Shown here: positions 9,437 to 20,200 of the stretch, piece by piece | Position numbering within the stretch: position 1 is the first letter of the stretch | Layout: each line of letters opens with the position of its first letter | Origin: a virus | Taxonomy: Duplodnaviria > Caudoviricetes | DNA length: 58,254 nt | Direction: 5' to 3' (one strand) | IMG/VR virus record: IMGVR_UViG_3300020235_001162 | Span: 1 to 58,254 of that record | Made by a program: the position numbers and the translations under genes | The notes under the pieces: model-generated | Seen by the model: the letters and a program-made list of their open reading frames with translations, nothing else | The model's database searches: none | What the model was told of the DNA's origin: nothing

Positions 9437-10704
9437 TATGGGTCAGGGTTCCCTGTGAGGCACGAGACGATCTCCTGACCGCTGTCAGGGAGTAATCGAA
9501 CCGTGAACAGTCCGTTGAGGAACATGTTGCTGTCGTCAGTGCGGAACTCTTCGGCATTGTCGTCGTACCAAGCCATCAGGAACAATCCGGGATTATCGAA
9601 GTTGCAGTAGGGGGTATGCAGGCCGACGTAATCGCCGGTTCCAGCCGTAAACTGGATGGGAGGATCATCCCAAGTGAATCCGCTGTTGACGCTTGTGGTG
9701 TAGACGCCAGCGTAGATGTTGGTGCCGCCATTTCCGGTCAGGAACGATGCGACGATGAGCCCGTTGACCCAGTCGGCGTACACCTGCAAACCACGAATGT
9801 CAGGCTCGGATGGCGGGTCGTACACTAGGGTATCGAAGAAGTTGTTGTATCCGAAGATCGACACGCATCGAAGAGTCTCCGGGAAGGTTTCCTTGACATA
9901 GCAGCAGAATACCGCAAAGTCTGCGTCCCTCTGGACGCATCCCATGATCTGGATGTCTTCGTCGCCACTCTGGAGGCCGGTCACGATCTCGTTGTGAAGC
10001 ACGAAGTTTGCTGGGGCGAGAGACTCGTTGAACTCCAAAAGGATGATCCGGTCCTCTAAGCCCGCCTGCTTGGCGATCAGCATCGGGCGAGGTTCAGTGA
10101 ACCCCGGCAACAGACAGAGCTGATGGCAGTTCAGGATATTTGCGGTGTCACCTTCGTCCAAGAATTGAGAACCGCTGATCACGGCTGTCCAGTCCACCCC
10201 GTCGTTGGTGGAAGTGTAGAGACGGAACGAGCCACTACCTTCTATACTTCCCATGACGTACCACAACACACCGGCCCTGTCCTTGACGATGTCGAGCTTG
10301 TCCGCGTTCGTGAGCGAGATGCCCACTGACGAGATCCGGGATGAGACTGTCGCGACTGAGTTGCTGATGACATCGAACGATAAGTAGTAGAAGCCGGGGT
10401 TGCCCGTTGCTCTTGTGAACACGATGTGGACCAAGTTGCCAGTAGTATTTCCGGGTGTCCACCTGTCGTACCACACGTTCATCTGCGTGACTGGTCCGCT
10501 TTCGGAATGGATGTCTGTCTCAGTGGACCACGTCTGCCCGCCGTCTGCCGACCTGACGAACGAGATCGTCCTCTGAGAAACGTTTGTGGAGCGGTAGAAG
10601 AGGTACATGACATCGAGATCGCGGACCACCAGACGATTGTTCTTGGCGGATAGGCCCTGAAGCAATCCGACGTTTCCGGGATCTACGATTGTAATGTCGG
10701 CCAT
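9436..10704 (-). CDS. BNR/Asp-box beta-propeller (sialidase-like) virion protein
   Basis: Asp-boxes SADGGQTWS, STNDGVDWT, SVNSGFTWD; ATG at 10704 with AGGA RBS. Confidence 0.75.
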   Translation of the reverse strand: MADITIVDPGNVGLLQGLSAKNNRLVVRDLDVMYLFYRSTNVSQRTISFVRSADGGQTWSTETDIHSESGPVTQMNVWYDRWTPGNTTGNLVHIVFTRATGNPGFYYLSFDVISNSVATVSSRISSVGISLTNADKLDIVKDRAGVLWYVMGSIEGSGSFRLYTSTNDGVDWTAVISGSQFLDEGDTANILNCHQLCLLPGFTEPRPMLIAKQAGLEDRIILLEFNESLAPANFVLHNEIVTGLQSGDEDIQIMGCVQRDADFAVFCCYVKETFPETLRCVSIFGYNNFFDTLVYDPPSEPDIRGLQVYADWVNGLIVASFLTGNGGTNIYAGVYTTSVNSGFTWDDPPIQFTAGTGDYVGLHTPYCNFDNPGLFLMAWYDDNAEEFRTDDSNMFLNGLFTVRLLPDSGQEIVSCLTGNPDP

Positions 10705-10714
10705 GATTGTTCCT

Positions 10715-10729
10715 GTCGCCAATGGCGAC
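10715..10729. repeat. 15-bp palindrome copy 2 (gene junction)
   Basis: exact match. Confidence 0.95.
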
Positions 10730-11700
10730 TACTGGAGGCTGAGTACCTCACCGGCTATGAACACGCCGTTGTTGCCACCTCCGATGTCCTTCATCAGGAT
10801 GTACTGCTGCCAGATGGCTGCTGGCCCGCCTGATGGCGATATGGAGGCAAGGATGATCGAGGTGAGACTGCTGCCGTCGTGGGTTCCGTTGAAGTCCCCG
10901 GTGGCTGATATGGAAACTGCCGGGCCGACCTGCTTCGTCGCCAACACCATGGTCCCGAACAGATCGCCAGCGGTGTTCTGTAAGTCCACAGTTCTTACTG
11001 TGGACCAACCCTCGGAATTCAGCATCGTCAGGTTCGGTACCGTGGTGCCCTGATAGACAAGGCATGCCACCACGATGGACTGGTCCTGAGTCGGGGTGAT
11101 CGACAGGGTCGGAGAGCTTCCGGACACGAGGCCTGAGGCATACACGTCTCGGAGCCCGTTCCGGATCCACAGGGCGGTAGCCATGCCGAGGCTGTTGTTG
11201 AAGCCGAACTGGAAGAAGTTGGACCCGCCCCCAGAGGGCGGACTCGGAACGTCGATCGTGAACAGCCTCATGAAGTCGGACCCGACCTCTATGACATCAA
11301 TCTGGGCATCTCCGAAAATAAAGTTGCCTTGGAGATCCCAGATGTAAGACATCACGTTGCTTCCAACGCTGCTGACGAATGCTAGAAGCAGGTCAGTGGA
11401 TGCGGCCACGAAGTTCTGCGTCCCGGTGGCGTTGGCTCTGATATCTCCGCCCTCGTCACTGCCTAAGACCAGCGGGAAGGTGAGTTCCGCTTTGGCCTCG
11501 TACATGTACTCCTGATGGATGCCCGTGGCTAGGCTGTCGGCCCCCTCCCAGACATCCACGTCCTTGACAGCTGGGATCTCGTTCATCGTCACGAAGACGA
11601 GACTGCCACGCTGGTTGGTGGCGATCCTCTCACAGATCGTCTTGACCGGCGGAGGGGGTGGAGGGTTGGTGACCCGGATGTACCGGTTCTTCAGGGTCAT
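10729..11700 (-). CDS. tail/adhesin-like hypothetical protein
   Basis: 323 aa, beta-rich, in the tail accessory cluster. Confidence 0.65.
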   Translation of the reverse strand: MTLKNRYIRVTNPPPPPPVKTICERIATNQRGSLVFVTMNEIPAVKDVDVWEGADSLATGIHQEYMYEAKAELTFPLVLGSDEGGDIRANATGTQNFVAASTDLLLAFVSSVGSNVMSYIWDLQGNFIFGDAQIDVIEVGSDFMRLFTIDVPSPPSGGGSNFFQFGFNNSLGMATALWIRNGLRDVYASGLVSGSSPTLSITPTQDQSIVVACLVYQGTTVPNLTMLNSEGWSTVRTVDLQNTAGDLFGTMVLATKQVGPAVSISATGDFNGTHDGSSLTSIILASISPSGGPAAIWQQYILMKDIGGGNNGVFIAGEVLSLQ

Positions 11701-12677
11701 ACCCGGATCCAGAGCTTGGGCTCAAGCAGCAGACCGTTCCGGCTGGAGTAGAAGGCTGCGGCTGAGTTGAGCGTACCATTGCTGCCTGTCTGGTAGATGA
11801 ACACCTTCATGCTGCCGCTCCGGTTGACGATGGCGTCGAGAGCGAGAGCAATCACGTTGGAGAACCGGTAGTCCTGATCCAGCACCAGATCGTCAGGCAC
11901 AGTGCCCGTGATGGGTGGTGCCAAAGCAACGGCGTCTGCCAGACCTCCGTCTGCCCCGCCGGTAGGCCAAGGGGTCGAAGAGCCCTGATTGATGTTGTTG
12001 TGCGACGATTGCAGCTCGATCACCTGAGGGTCCATCCGTTGGATTTCCCATGGGTGCCCATTGGGTATGTCCAGCAGGGTGGGATCCTTCACATGGAAGT
12101 GCAAGGATGCCTCGGCGAGGTTGGTGTACGCCGACAGGTCAAACTCCAGATGGATGTACGCGATGCTGGCGACGGTCTTAGTGAAGATCAGGTTCTCGGC
12201 AGGTCCACCCGTGCCGGGATCACCCTTCACGATGCCCGCTTGGGCTGAGTCTGTGAACGTGTCGAGGAACGGCGAGAGCTGGATGATGGACGGCTCAAAC
12301 ACTCGCTTGCACTGGACCTGCACAGTAATCTTGGTTGACGCGGTGGCACTATTGGGGATCGACAGGGTCATGACGCTTGAATCAACGGCACTGAAGTCGC
12401 TCTGGGCGACACCCTGCACCTTGGACCCGGTGTTGGCAACGATGAGGCCAGAGCCATCGCTGGTGTCGAAGACGACACCCGTGGAGTCGATCAGGAGACG
12501 AAAATCCACCGTGCCTCCCTCGGTGAAGTACCAGACGCTCAGGACATCGAACGGCCACGGGGCCTCTATGACGAAGTTGGCCTCGTCGTCCGTCACGGGT
12601 CCGACGATCTCTGCTGTCAGCCAGAACGTGCGGGACTCGTCGCTCTGGGCGATTGGGGTGATGTCGTCTCTAGTCAT
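11697..12677 (-). CDS. tail accessory protein with DNRLRE/CBM96-like C-terminal domain
   Basis: LEFDLSAYTNLAEASLHF ... AFYSSRNGLLLEPKLWI pattern. Confidence 0.65.
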   Translation of the reverse strand: MTRDDITPIAQSDESRTFWLTAEIVGPVTDDEANFVIEAPWPFDVLSVWYFTEGGTVDFRLLIDSTGVVFDTSDGSGLIVANTGSKVQGVAQSDFSAVDSSVMTLSIPNSATASTKITVQVQCKRVFEPSIIQLSPFLDTFTDSAQAGIVKGDPGTGGPAENLIFTKTVASIAYIHLEFDLSAYTNLAEASLHFHVKDPTLLDIPNGHPWEIQRMDPQVIELQSSHNNINQGSSTPWPTGGADGGLADAVALAPPITGTVPDDLVLDQDYRFSNVIALALDAIVNRSGSMKVFIYQTGSNGTLNSAAAFYSSRNGLLLEPKLWIRV

Positions 12678-12680
12678 GAT

Positions 12681-14249
12681 TTACAGCTTGATTGCTAAGA
12701 AGTTGATTATGCTGCCAGTGTCAACTGTTTGGTGATGAGCCGTGCCGGGCTGAAAGATGGGATTTCGGATCGAGAAACCGTTGTCCGGCAGGCCGATCTT
12801 GAAGTCCAGATCCCAGCGTTCAATGTCGGATATCCCTGCTCCAGCCTCACCGATGCAGCTCATGGTGAGCCATGTGTCGTCGTGTTCGGGAAGTCGAGGG
12901 AAGAACAGGAAGACAACGCTGTTGCCTCCTCTGGAGACAGAGAAGTTGTACAGCCTGAGCCAGATGATTTGCGGCTGGAACGACATCTGTGTGAAGACAC
13001 CATTTGGATCTATCCCACCGCCGCCTTGGCCGTCGATCTTCGTACTCCAATCATTTACGGAGATGATCCCTTTCGCCAGCTGGAGACTGACGGCGTCGAG
13101 GTTCTGTATCTCAGTGGTAACGTGATTCTCCATCTGCTCTACGTTGCAGGCGTCTGTGGTTCCGCCGGTTCCACTTCCGAGATCCTCTACCCGCACGCCA
13201 CCGAAGTTCATGAGCGAGGTCGGGTCCGCGAACTGGTCCAGACGCAGGGTCCGGATCAGAGCCGAGAAGTCGTTCGCCAGCGAACCGTTCTCGTCGGCTG
13301 TCAGGGCCAGCAAGTCCGCACCGCCGATCCTGCGTCCGACAGGGTCGCCATCACCGTCACAGACGAGGAACCGAGTATCCAGTCCGGGACCGATGTTGAT
13401 TTTGGACAGGGTGACGGCGTCGTCGGCGAGATGCTGGGTGTCGATTGAGAAGTCAGCTGGCGGTGCGTGGATCGTGCCGTTGAGAACCTTGACCTCGATC
13501 ATGGACCCGTCTGGAGGTGGTGTCAGGAACTCAATGTAGTCGTCTACATTACCGCCGGGATGGCCTGCGTCTGCCTCATGCAGCACGAAGAACGCGGACC
13601 CGTTTGAGGACTGGTAGACGGCTTCGATGTAGGCGTCCAGCATCCCGGTGGTCAGCCCTGCCAGCCCTGCCAGCCGGAACTGAACCTCTGACCCGTCACC
13701 GACAAACGCATAGACCGACGCACCTGTGACATCCACAGACTGGCCGCCTGAGATGAAGTCCTCCATCTGCTGGAGCGTGACCCATCCGTCCTGCTCGACC
13801 GCGAAGGCACAGTTCTCGCTGGGGAGGTTCTCGCCGTTCCACGCATCGAGGGCATCGTTCTTCCTCAGGGCGTTGAAGAGGCTGGCCTCGATCTCCTGAT
13901 CGACCATCGTCAGACGGTTCGGGTCGTTGTCGAGGTTCCTCTCCTCGATTGTCGAGCCGCCGACGTAGTCGATCTGGCGGTCACGATTGGTGAACCGCTC
14001 AATTCGGATGATCGTGGATTCCTCAGGCGTGCCGTCTCCTTCGGGTATGAATCCAGTGTTGAACGAGATCGTCTTGGTCGAGAGGTTGTGTTCGTACTCA
14101 AGGCCCAGCGTGAGCTGGCTGAAGTTCTCGTCCACCATGGGACGTGTCTTGACCAGCACCGCTGAGAAGTTGCCGAGGACTTCGAAGACGTACTGGAACT
14201 CAAAGGTGGTCCCGTCTCCGAAGAAGATTTCAACTGGTGGTGATGCCAT
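12681..14249 (-). CDS. tail fibre protein with T7 gp17-like N-terminal adaptor domain
   Basis: FGDGTTFEFQYVF...IRIERFT...IDYVGGSTIEERNLDND; follows the internal virion genes. Confidence 0.85.
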   Translation of the reverse strand: MASPPVEIFFGDGTTFEFQYVFEVLGNFSAVLVKTRPMVDENFSQLTLGLEYEHNLSTKTISFNTGFIPEGDGTPEESTIIRIERFTNRDRQIDYVGGSTIEERNLDNDPNRLTMVDQEIEASLFNALRKNDALDAWNGENLPSENCAFAVEQDGWVTLQQMEDFISGGQSVDVTGASVYAFVGDGSEVQFRLAGLAGLTTGMLDAYIEAVYQSSNGSAFFVLHEADAGHPGGNVDDYIEFLTPPPDGSMIEVKVLNGTIHAPPADFSIDTQHLADDAVTLSKINIGPGLDTRFLVCDGDGDPVGRRIGGADLLALTADENGSLANDFSALIRTLRLDQFADPTSLMNFGGVRVEDLGSGTGGTTDACNVEQMENHVTTEIQNLDAVSLQLAKGIISVNDWSTKIDGQGGGGIDPNGVFTQMSFQPQIIWLRLYNFSVSRGGNSVVFLFFPRLPEHDDTWLTMSCIGEAGAGISDIERWDLDFKIGLPDNGFSIRNPIFQPGTAHHQTVDTGSIINFLAIKL

Positions 14250-14258
14250 GGGGGTGTC

Positions 14259-17200
14259 CTAGAGGGCGGAGGCCCGTTTGGGCTTCTTCTGGCTGCTGCT
14301 GCTTTCCTCTGCGATCCTGTTCTTCCAACCCCGCGAGATCATACGGTACCCGGCGACCCATGCACCGAACGGAGTCATGGAGAATCCGGACGTGGTCAGG
14401 CCCTCCAGACCCTTCCAGAACTTCGGGTCGTTTGGTCCGCCGCTGTTACGAAGAGTCATCCCAGCCCGGCCAAGCTGCTCGATAGAGCCACTGAGCGGAG
14501 AGAAGTCAGGCTCGAAAGGCTGTTCGAACCCAAGCATGACCTGTGTCACGAACGAGTAGAAGTCGCCGAAGTAGATGTTCCCAACGAACACGTCGATGCT
14601 GCGGCCACCCAACCACGCGGCGACTTCATCTCCGTCGTCGTCGTCGAACCCACCAAGTGCCCACTCCCACAGGGCGGCGATGGCGGTGATGAACATGGTC
14701 TGGCCCACTGCCACCATGGCGATGTCCTTGGCGGCCTTCAGCTTCTGGCTGGGGTCGCGGTTGTATCGCATGAGCCCCCGCACAGCCATGTTGATGTTCT
14801 GGTTCCTCTGAGCCATGAACATGGTCACCAGTTTGATGACCGGGATCCGCTTGGCTTGTGCCCCAAGACCGCTGGTGTGAAGGGCACCCCATACTGGCTG
14901 TGTGCGGCTGACCACACCCTCGGCGATCTCTGCGATCTTCCGCATCCGTTCGTCGCCAGTGAGCTGAGCGAACTCGGCGTCCACCTTGGCGGTGGATGCC
15001 ATCCAGATGGTTCGGATGGCGATGCGGTCGCCCCACTGGATGCCTGCCATCATCCGATCCGAGATGCTGGTCTTCTGTCCCTTCAGGATCCTGCCGCCGC
15101 CCGTGAACTCGTTCATGACCGACAGGGCCGTCGAGTCGAATCGTGCCCGCAGCGTCGGCGAGTGAGTCCGGATCTCGTTGTCGATGTCCTTGGCGTTGTT
15201 GGTCAGGCTCTTGCCGATCGACTTGCCTCCGATGACGAGGTATTTCATCTCGATCTCGGAGTTGGCGACCAGCATGGATGCAGGCTGGTACATGACCACA
15301 CGGGGGTTCACCGCCAGCAGGGCCTTGGTCAGGTTGTTGATCACGCTGCCGATGACGCTAGAGAACGGGCCGTTGTTGTCGCCTTGGCCGGTAGCCTCGC
15401 GTGCGAGGTTCGTCAGCATCCGCTCCCAGTAGCCGGTGCTGCCGCCCGCCGCCACCAGTGCCCGCTGGACCGACTCACGCTGGAGGAGCTTGCGGGCCGT
15501 CGCGTGGGTGTCGGCCATCTCGGTAAGGGCGAAGGTGCCCCATGAGATGTTGTTGTACTCGACGAACCAGTCGCGGATCTCGACTGGGCTCTTGATGTCG
15601 GTGCCCCGGTCCTTCTGGAGGCCGATTGAGTTGAGGGTGGCATCGACGTACTGCTCCAGCGTCGGCTCGGCGAAGGCATCACCCGACCGGACCCTGTGTC
15701 GGCTGACATGGATGTCGCCCTTCGTGATGTCGCGTCCCTTGCTGGTGATCGACCACGCGGCCAACTTGGCCTTCATGACCGTATTCATGTGTTCGACCGT
15801 GCGGGCCACGATCAGTGACTCAGCAGTTGTCATCGACGCCCGGATCTTCAGAACGTCGTTCCGCGTGAGCCGGAAGTTGTCGCCAGCTTGCCCCTGCTTC
15901 AGGGTAACCGGAGCCCCACTGTTGACGATCAGATCGTAGTTGTCCATGTCCATGAGCATGGCAACGAGGTGCATCCGCTCCGCCTTGGTCATCACCAGAC
16001 GCCTGTTGCTCTCCAGCAGGATCCCTTCCAACCCGTCCTCGTCTATCACGACGGCAGCTCGCGTTTCGCCACTCCGCAGATCACCGGGCTTGCCTGCCCT
16101 CCTTCGACGGATAGCCTCGATGGGGGCTGTGAACAGCCCGTAGGAGCCCGCGAACACCCGGCTCATGGTGGCGAGATCACCGGGCCGGATCCCGGCGTCG
16201 TCGATTGCACCTTCCATCACGTCCACAGCGATATGGTGGTTCCGCAGCCAGCTTCGCTGGCTGTCCACGAGATCCTTGAAGAACGTCTCCCAGAACATCC
16301 CCTCGCTGCCGGACTGCAACGCGGCCAAGGCGTCGGGCTTGAGATTGGTTTCCATCTTGAACGGCAAGCTCGCGATGTTCATGGCCTGCCGCACTCGTGC
16401 CTGACCGGATGGCTGTGGCTCGCGGGCCTCACGCTCGTTGGTCAGCTCACCGACCACGGCAGCCTCCAGCAGCTCGATCCGGACCTTCTTGCCCCTCTTG
16501 AACGTCTTGCCGAACTCCCTCGCGTTCTTCGAGACAACCTTGACCTGCTCAGAGAGGAGGTTCATCTCCGCAGCAGTCATGTCATCCACTTCGGTGTTGG
16601 AGAGCTTCACCAGTGATTCCCGCTCACGCTTGCTGAACGTCTCCTCCATCGCCGGGTCTTCGGAGATCATGTTTTGGATCGTCTGGAGACGGTCGCGGGT
16701 CTTCTGGGTGAGCTTCTGGAAGTTGATGTTGCCGATCCGCTCTTCCATCGCCTGCTTGTACACGGCTGGCAGGCTCGACAGCTTCACGCTATTGACCACC
16801 TTCAGGAGGTTCGCCTTGGCATCCCGCAGCTCGACCTTGTTGAGGGCCACCAACACGTCGCCCAGTGCAACCTTGAGCTGCTTGTCGGTCTTGATCTGGT
16901 TGATCTTTCGGATCAGATCAGCCGGGCGGAACTTGGCGGGCAGGATCTGAATGATCGTGTCGAGCAGTTCATTACGCCGCCGTCTGACCTCACGCTGGGC
17001 CAGTGCGGCCTTCTCGATTATGGCGTTGGCCTTCCGCTTGAACTCCTTGCGTTCGGCGTCCCGCGTATTCTTGGCCTTCTCCCGGCGGATGATGTCCTCA
17101 CTCGACGCCATCCGAATCAGCTCAGACGGGTCCACCTCCGGAGAGATCGTCACCTTGCGGGACGCCTCGCGGATCCTCTTCCGCCTGTCGCTGTTCGCCC

Positions 17201-20200
17201 GCTTGGCCTTGTCGCTCGCCATCTCACGCAGCTCAGTCACTATCTGATGCTTCTTGGATGGATCGAACCGACCGCTCTTCGGGTCGGCGGCGAACTCGAT
17301 GATCTCCAGAACATTCTGTTCGATGACAGTCCGGAACCTGCGGAGCCGGGGCTCCGCGTCCATCATTGCTTGTCGGATGACACTGAGGGTTTCGTCTCGG
17401 TCGAGTCGGATTCGTTCTGGGACGAGGTCGGCGACGGCGATGCTGGCTTCGGTGAGGGCTCCGTAGATTTCTCTGGCCTTGCGGACTCGGACGACGGGAG
17501 GCTTTTCTCCGTCTTCATTTGCTGCGGTTGCAGGCCCCTCGACATTGAACTGGACGGATCCTCGGTCGATGGCCTGTCGCCAGCGGGCTTGGATCTCGGC
17601 GATCTTCGGCCTAATGACAGTATCAATGATCCGTTGAATATCGGGTCGTCCCGCGAGGCCAATCTCACGCTGGTAGTTCTCGCCATCAAGGTTCTCCGAG
17701 TAGTCGTTGGTCTGACTGCCGTGGTCGGTGGCGAAGAGCTTCAGCTCCGCATTCACTTCTTCTGGCAGTACCCTCTCCAACAGCTTCTTGGCCCGATTCT
17801 GGAAGTCGCCATTGGCGACTCCCTTCGGCCCGGCATCACCGAAGTACACCAAGTGTAGGCCATTCTCGGCTGGGTGCAGAACGACATCACCACCGAACTC
17901 ACGCTCGATCTCTTCGGTCAGTGTGTCATGCTCGCCGAACGTCATCTCCCTGCCGAACTCGTAGGAGATGCCGTTGGAGTCCTTCTTCGTGCCCTTCCAG
18001 AAGGGTCGGTACCAGTGGACCTCCGGTGAGTGCAGCACCTGACCGACCGCTGCGGCGTACACGTCGAGCAGCTTCCTGACATCCATGCTGACGCGGGCGT
18101 CGGTCAGGACGCTGTCGGCGTAGTCACGCAGGGTCTGCCAGACCTGTTGGGTTGTCTGACTTCCACGCTCTTCAGCTCGGATGCCGGACCTCAGGATGAC
18201 CTTCCAGTCCTTGAGCGTGTCCCTGTTGATCATCGGGACCGTCTCGTCCACGAAGAAGGCGTCCTCGCCGATGGACAGGAGGGCGTCCCGCAGATCACTG
18301 ATGGTGGCCCCGGCCTTGATCCGATCCAGCACCGCGTTGGTTCGCGACCGCATGGCCCTGCGGCGGTCCTGCCGCTTGGCGGCCAGCTCGGATCCGACGA
18401 TGTCGAAGTTCTGGCGGACGAGGCTTCGGAACAGTCCGTTGCCGCTGACTCCGGAGCCACGCTTCAGGAGCCCCAGCTCACGGGCGATGATGTCGAAGCC
18501 ATCCTCGTCGTAGAAGACAGCCATGACCTCTGCCGTGTAGGCCTGCTGTACCAGATGTGACGCTGTCAGAAGCTCAGGCAGGATGCCGGTGCTTTCGTGC
18601 GGGATGGCGTTGAAGTCAACGTGGCCGGTCTGCCACTCGCTGATGTTGGAGAAGTCCACAGACGTGGTCAGGGGGTCACTGGGGATCGGCAGCATGCCGT
18701 CCTTGAGCAGGGCCGCCAGCTCCTTCTTCTGCTTTTTGCCGGGCCGTATCGCCTTCTGCGTCACCCAGATGGCGGACTGTACCTGCTGAGTCTCCCACAG
18801 GGGATCGCCGTCAGCGACATCCTTGTTCAAGTCGGCCATGACATCCTTCATGAGGTCTTCGGCCCACTTGTACTGCGGGGTGGTCGGGGCTTCGGTGGGG
18901 TAGCCCATGCCACGCATGATGTGAATGTCGATCGTGGAGATGAATTGGTTGGGGTTGCCCAGACCTTCCGGGTCGATTTCCCGCATCAGGTTCTTGTAGA
19001 AGCTGCCGGTCTTGCGACCCTCCCACATGGTGCCTTCGGCCAGCAGGGCATCTGCCGTGCGGCCCTGCCACCCGTACTTGCCGATCCACCACTCACGGCC
19101 AGACTCGGTGAACCCATGGATTTCCATGTCGGCCTGCCACCTGAGCCATGCCAGAGATGCGTGCTGCCAGTTGGACTGTAGCGGGTTGGTCGCCGACATG
19201 ATCGAGATGAGCTGAACGAACTGTTCGGCGGCGACTTTGTCGCCTCCGAACTGGTTGAGGATGTGCCGCCCGGAGCCCTCGTACCAGAAGCGTCCCACCA
19301 CTCCGATCCTCGCCATCTCGATCAGCCGCTTCTTGAGCTTCGTCCGGTCCCTGCCGTTCTGGATATTCGGGGGTGCGAACCGGAACTTATTCGGCCTGTT
19401 CGCACGGGCGAGCTTGGCGAGCTGGCTCTTGATGCCCTTGGCCCGGCCACGCACCTTGCCGAGTGGCTCGCCGCTGGCGGCCAGATCCTTCTCGCCTCGC
19501 TGCTCAAACCACATGCGGGCTTCCGCGAGGGTGCTGACCTTGCCCATCAACAGGGGGACCGCCAGAGCCTGAGCTTGGACCTCCAGATCCATGTCTCTCA
19601 GGGCTGCCTTGATGACTCTTGGATTGATAAGGTTGGCCGCTGCCTTACGCTCTCGCAGAAGGATGTCGTCGGCGTTGATGGGACGCTGCTGGCCGGTGAA
19701 CGGGTCGGTGATCTCCTCGACCTCGTTGCCCAACTCATCTACGACGTTGAGCTGGGCTCCGACATCTGGTTCATCCGGTCCACGATCTGCTTCGGTGACG
19801 ACTGGCGGGGAAAGATCATTAGCCGCACGGGAGACGGCTGCTTCTTCTTTGGACTGGACTCGGATTTCCCGTCCTTTGTCGAGGTGGAAGATGGCTTCTT
19901 GGGATCCTGCGATTGCGGCACCTGTCGCACTCCTTTCGTTGCTGTGGACCTCGACGATGTCGAGGTACCACGATCCATTGTCGAACCACACCCCCAAGCG
20001 GGTCGCCGGGTTGCCACTCAGTATATCCTCGTTGGCGTCGAGGAATCCCTTGATCTGGGCCTCTGTGACCTTGCCGTTCACCTGCTCCGACTTCGTGATC
20101 GCCACCCCTCGCTCCGGGAACGGGCTCACGGCGTAGCCCGTCACCTCGATCGTGTCGCTGAAGGGCTCGTAGGTGATCCCTCCGTTGTCGATGACATGCT

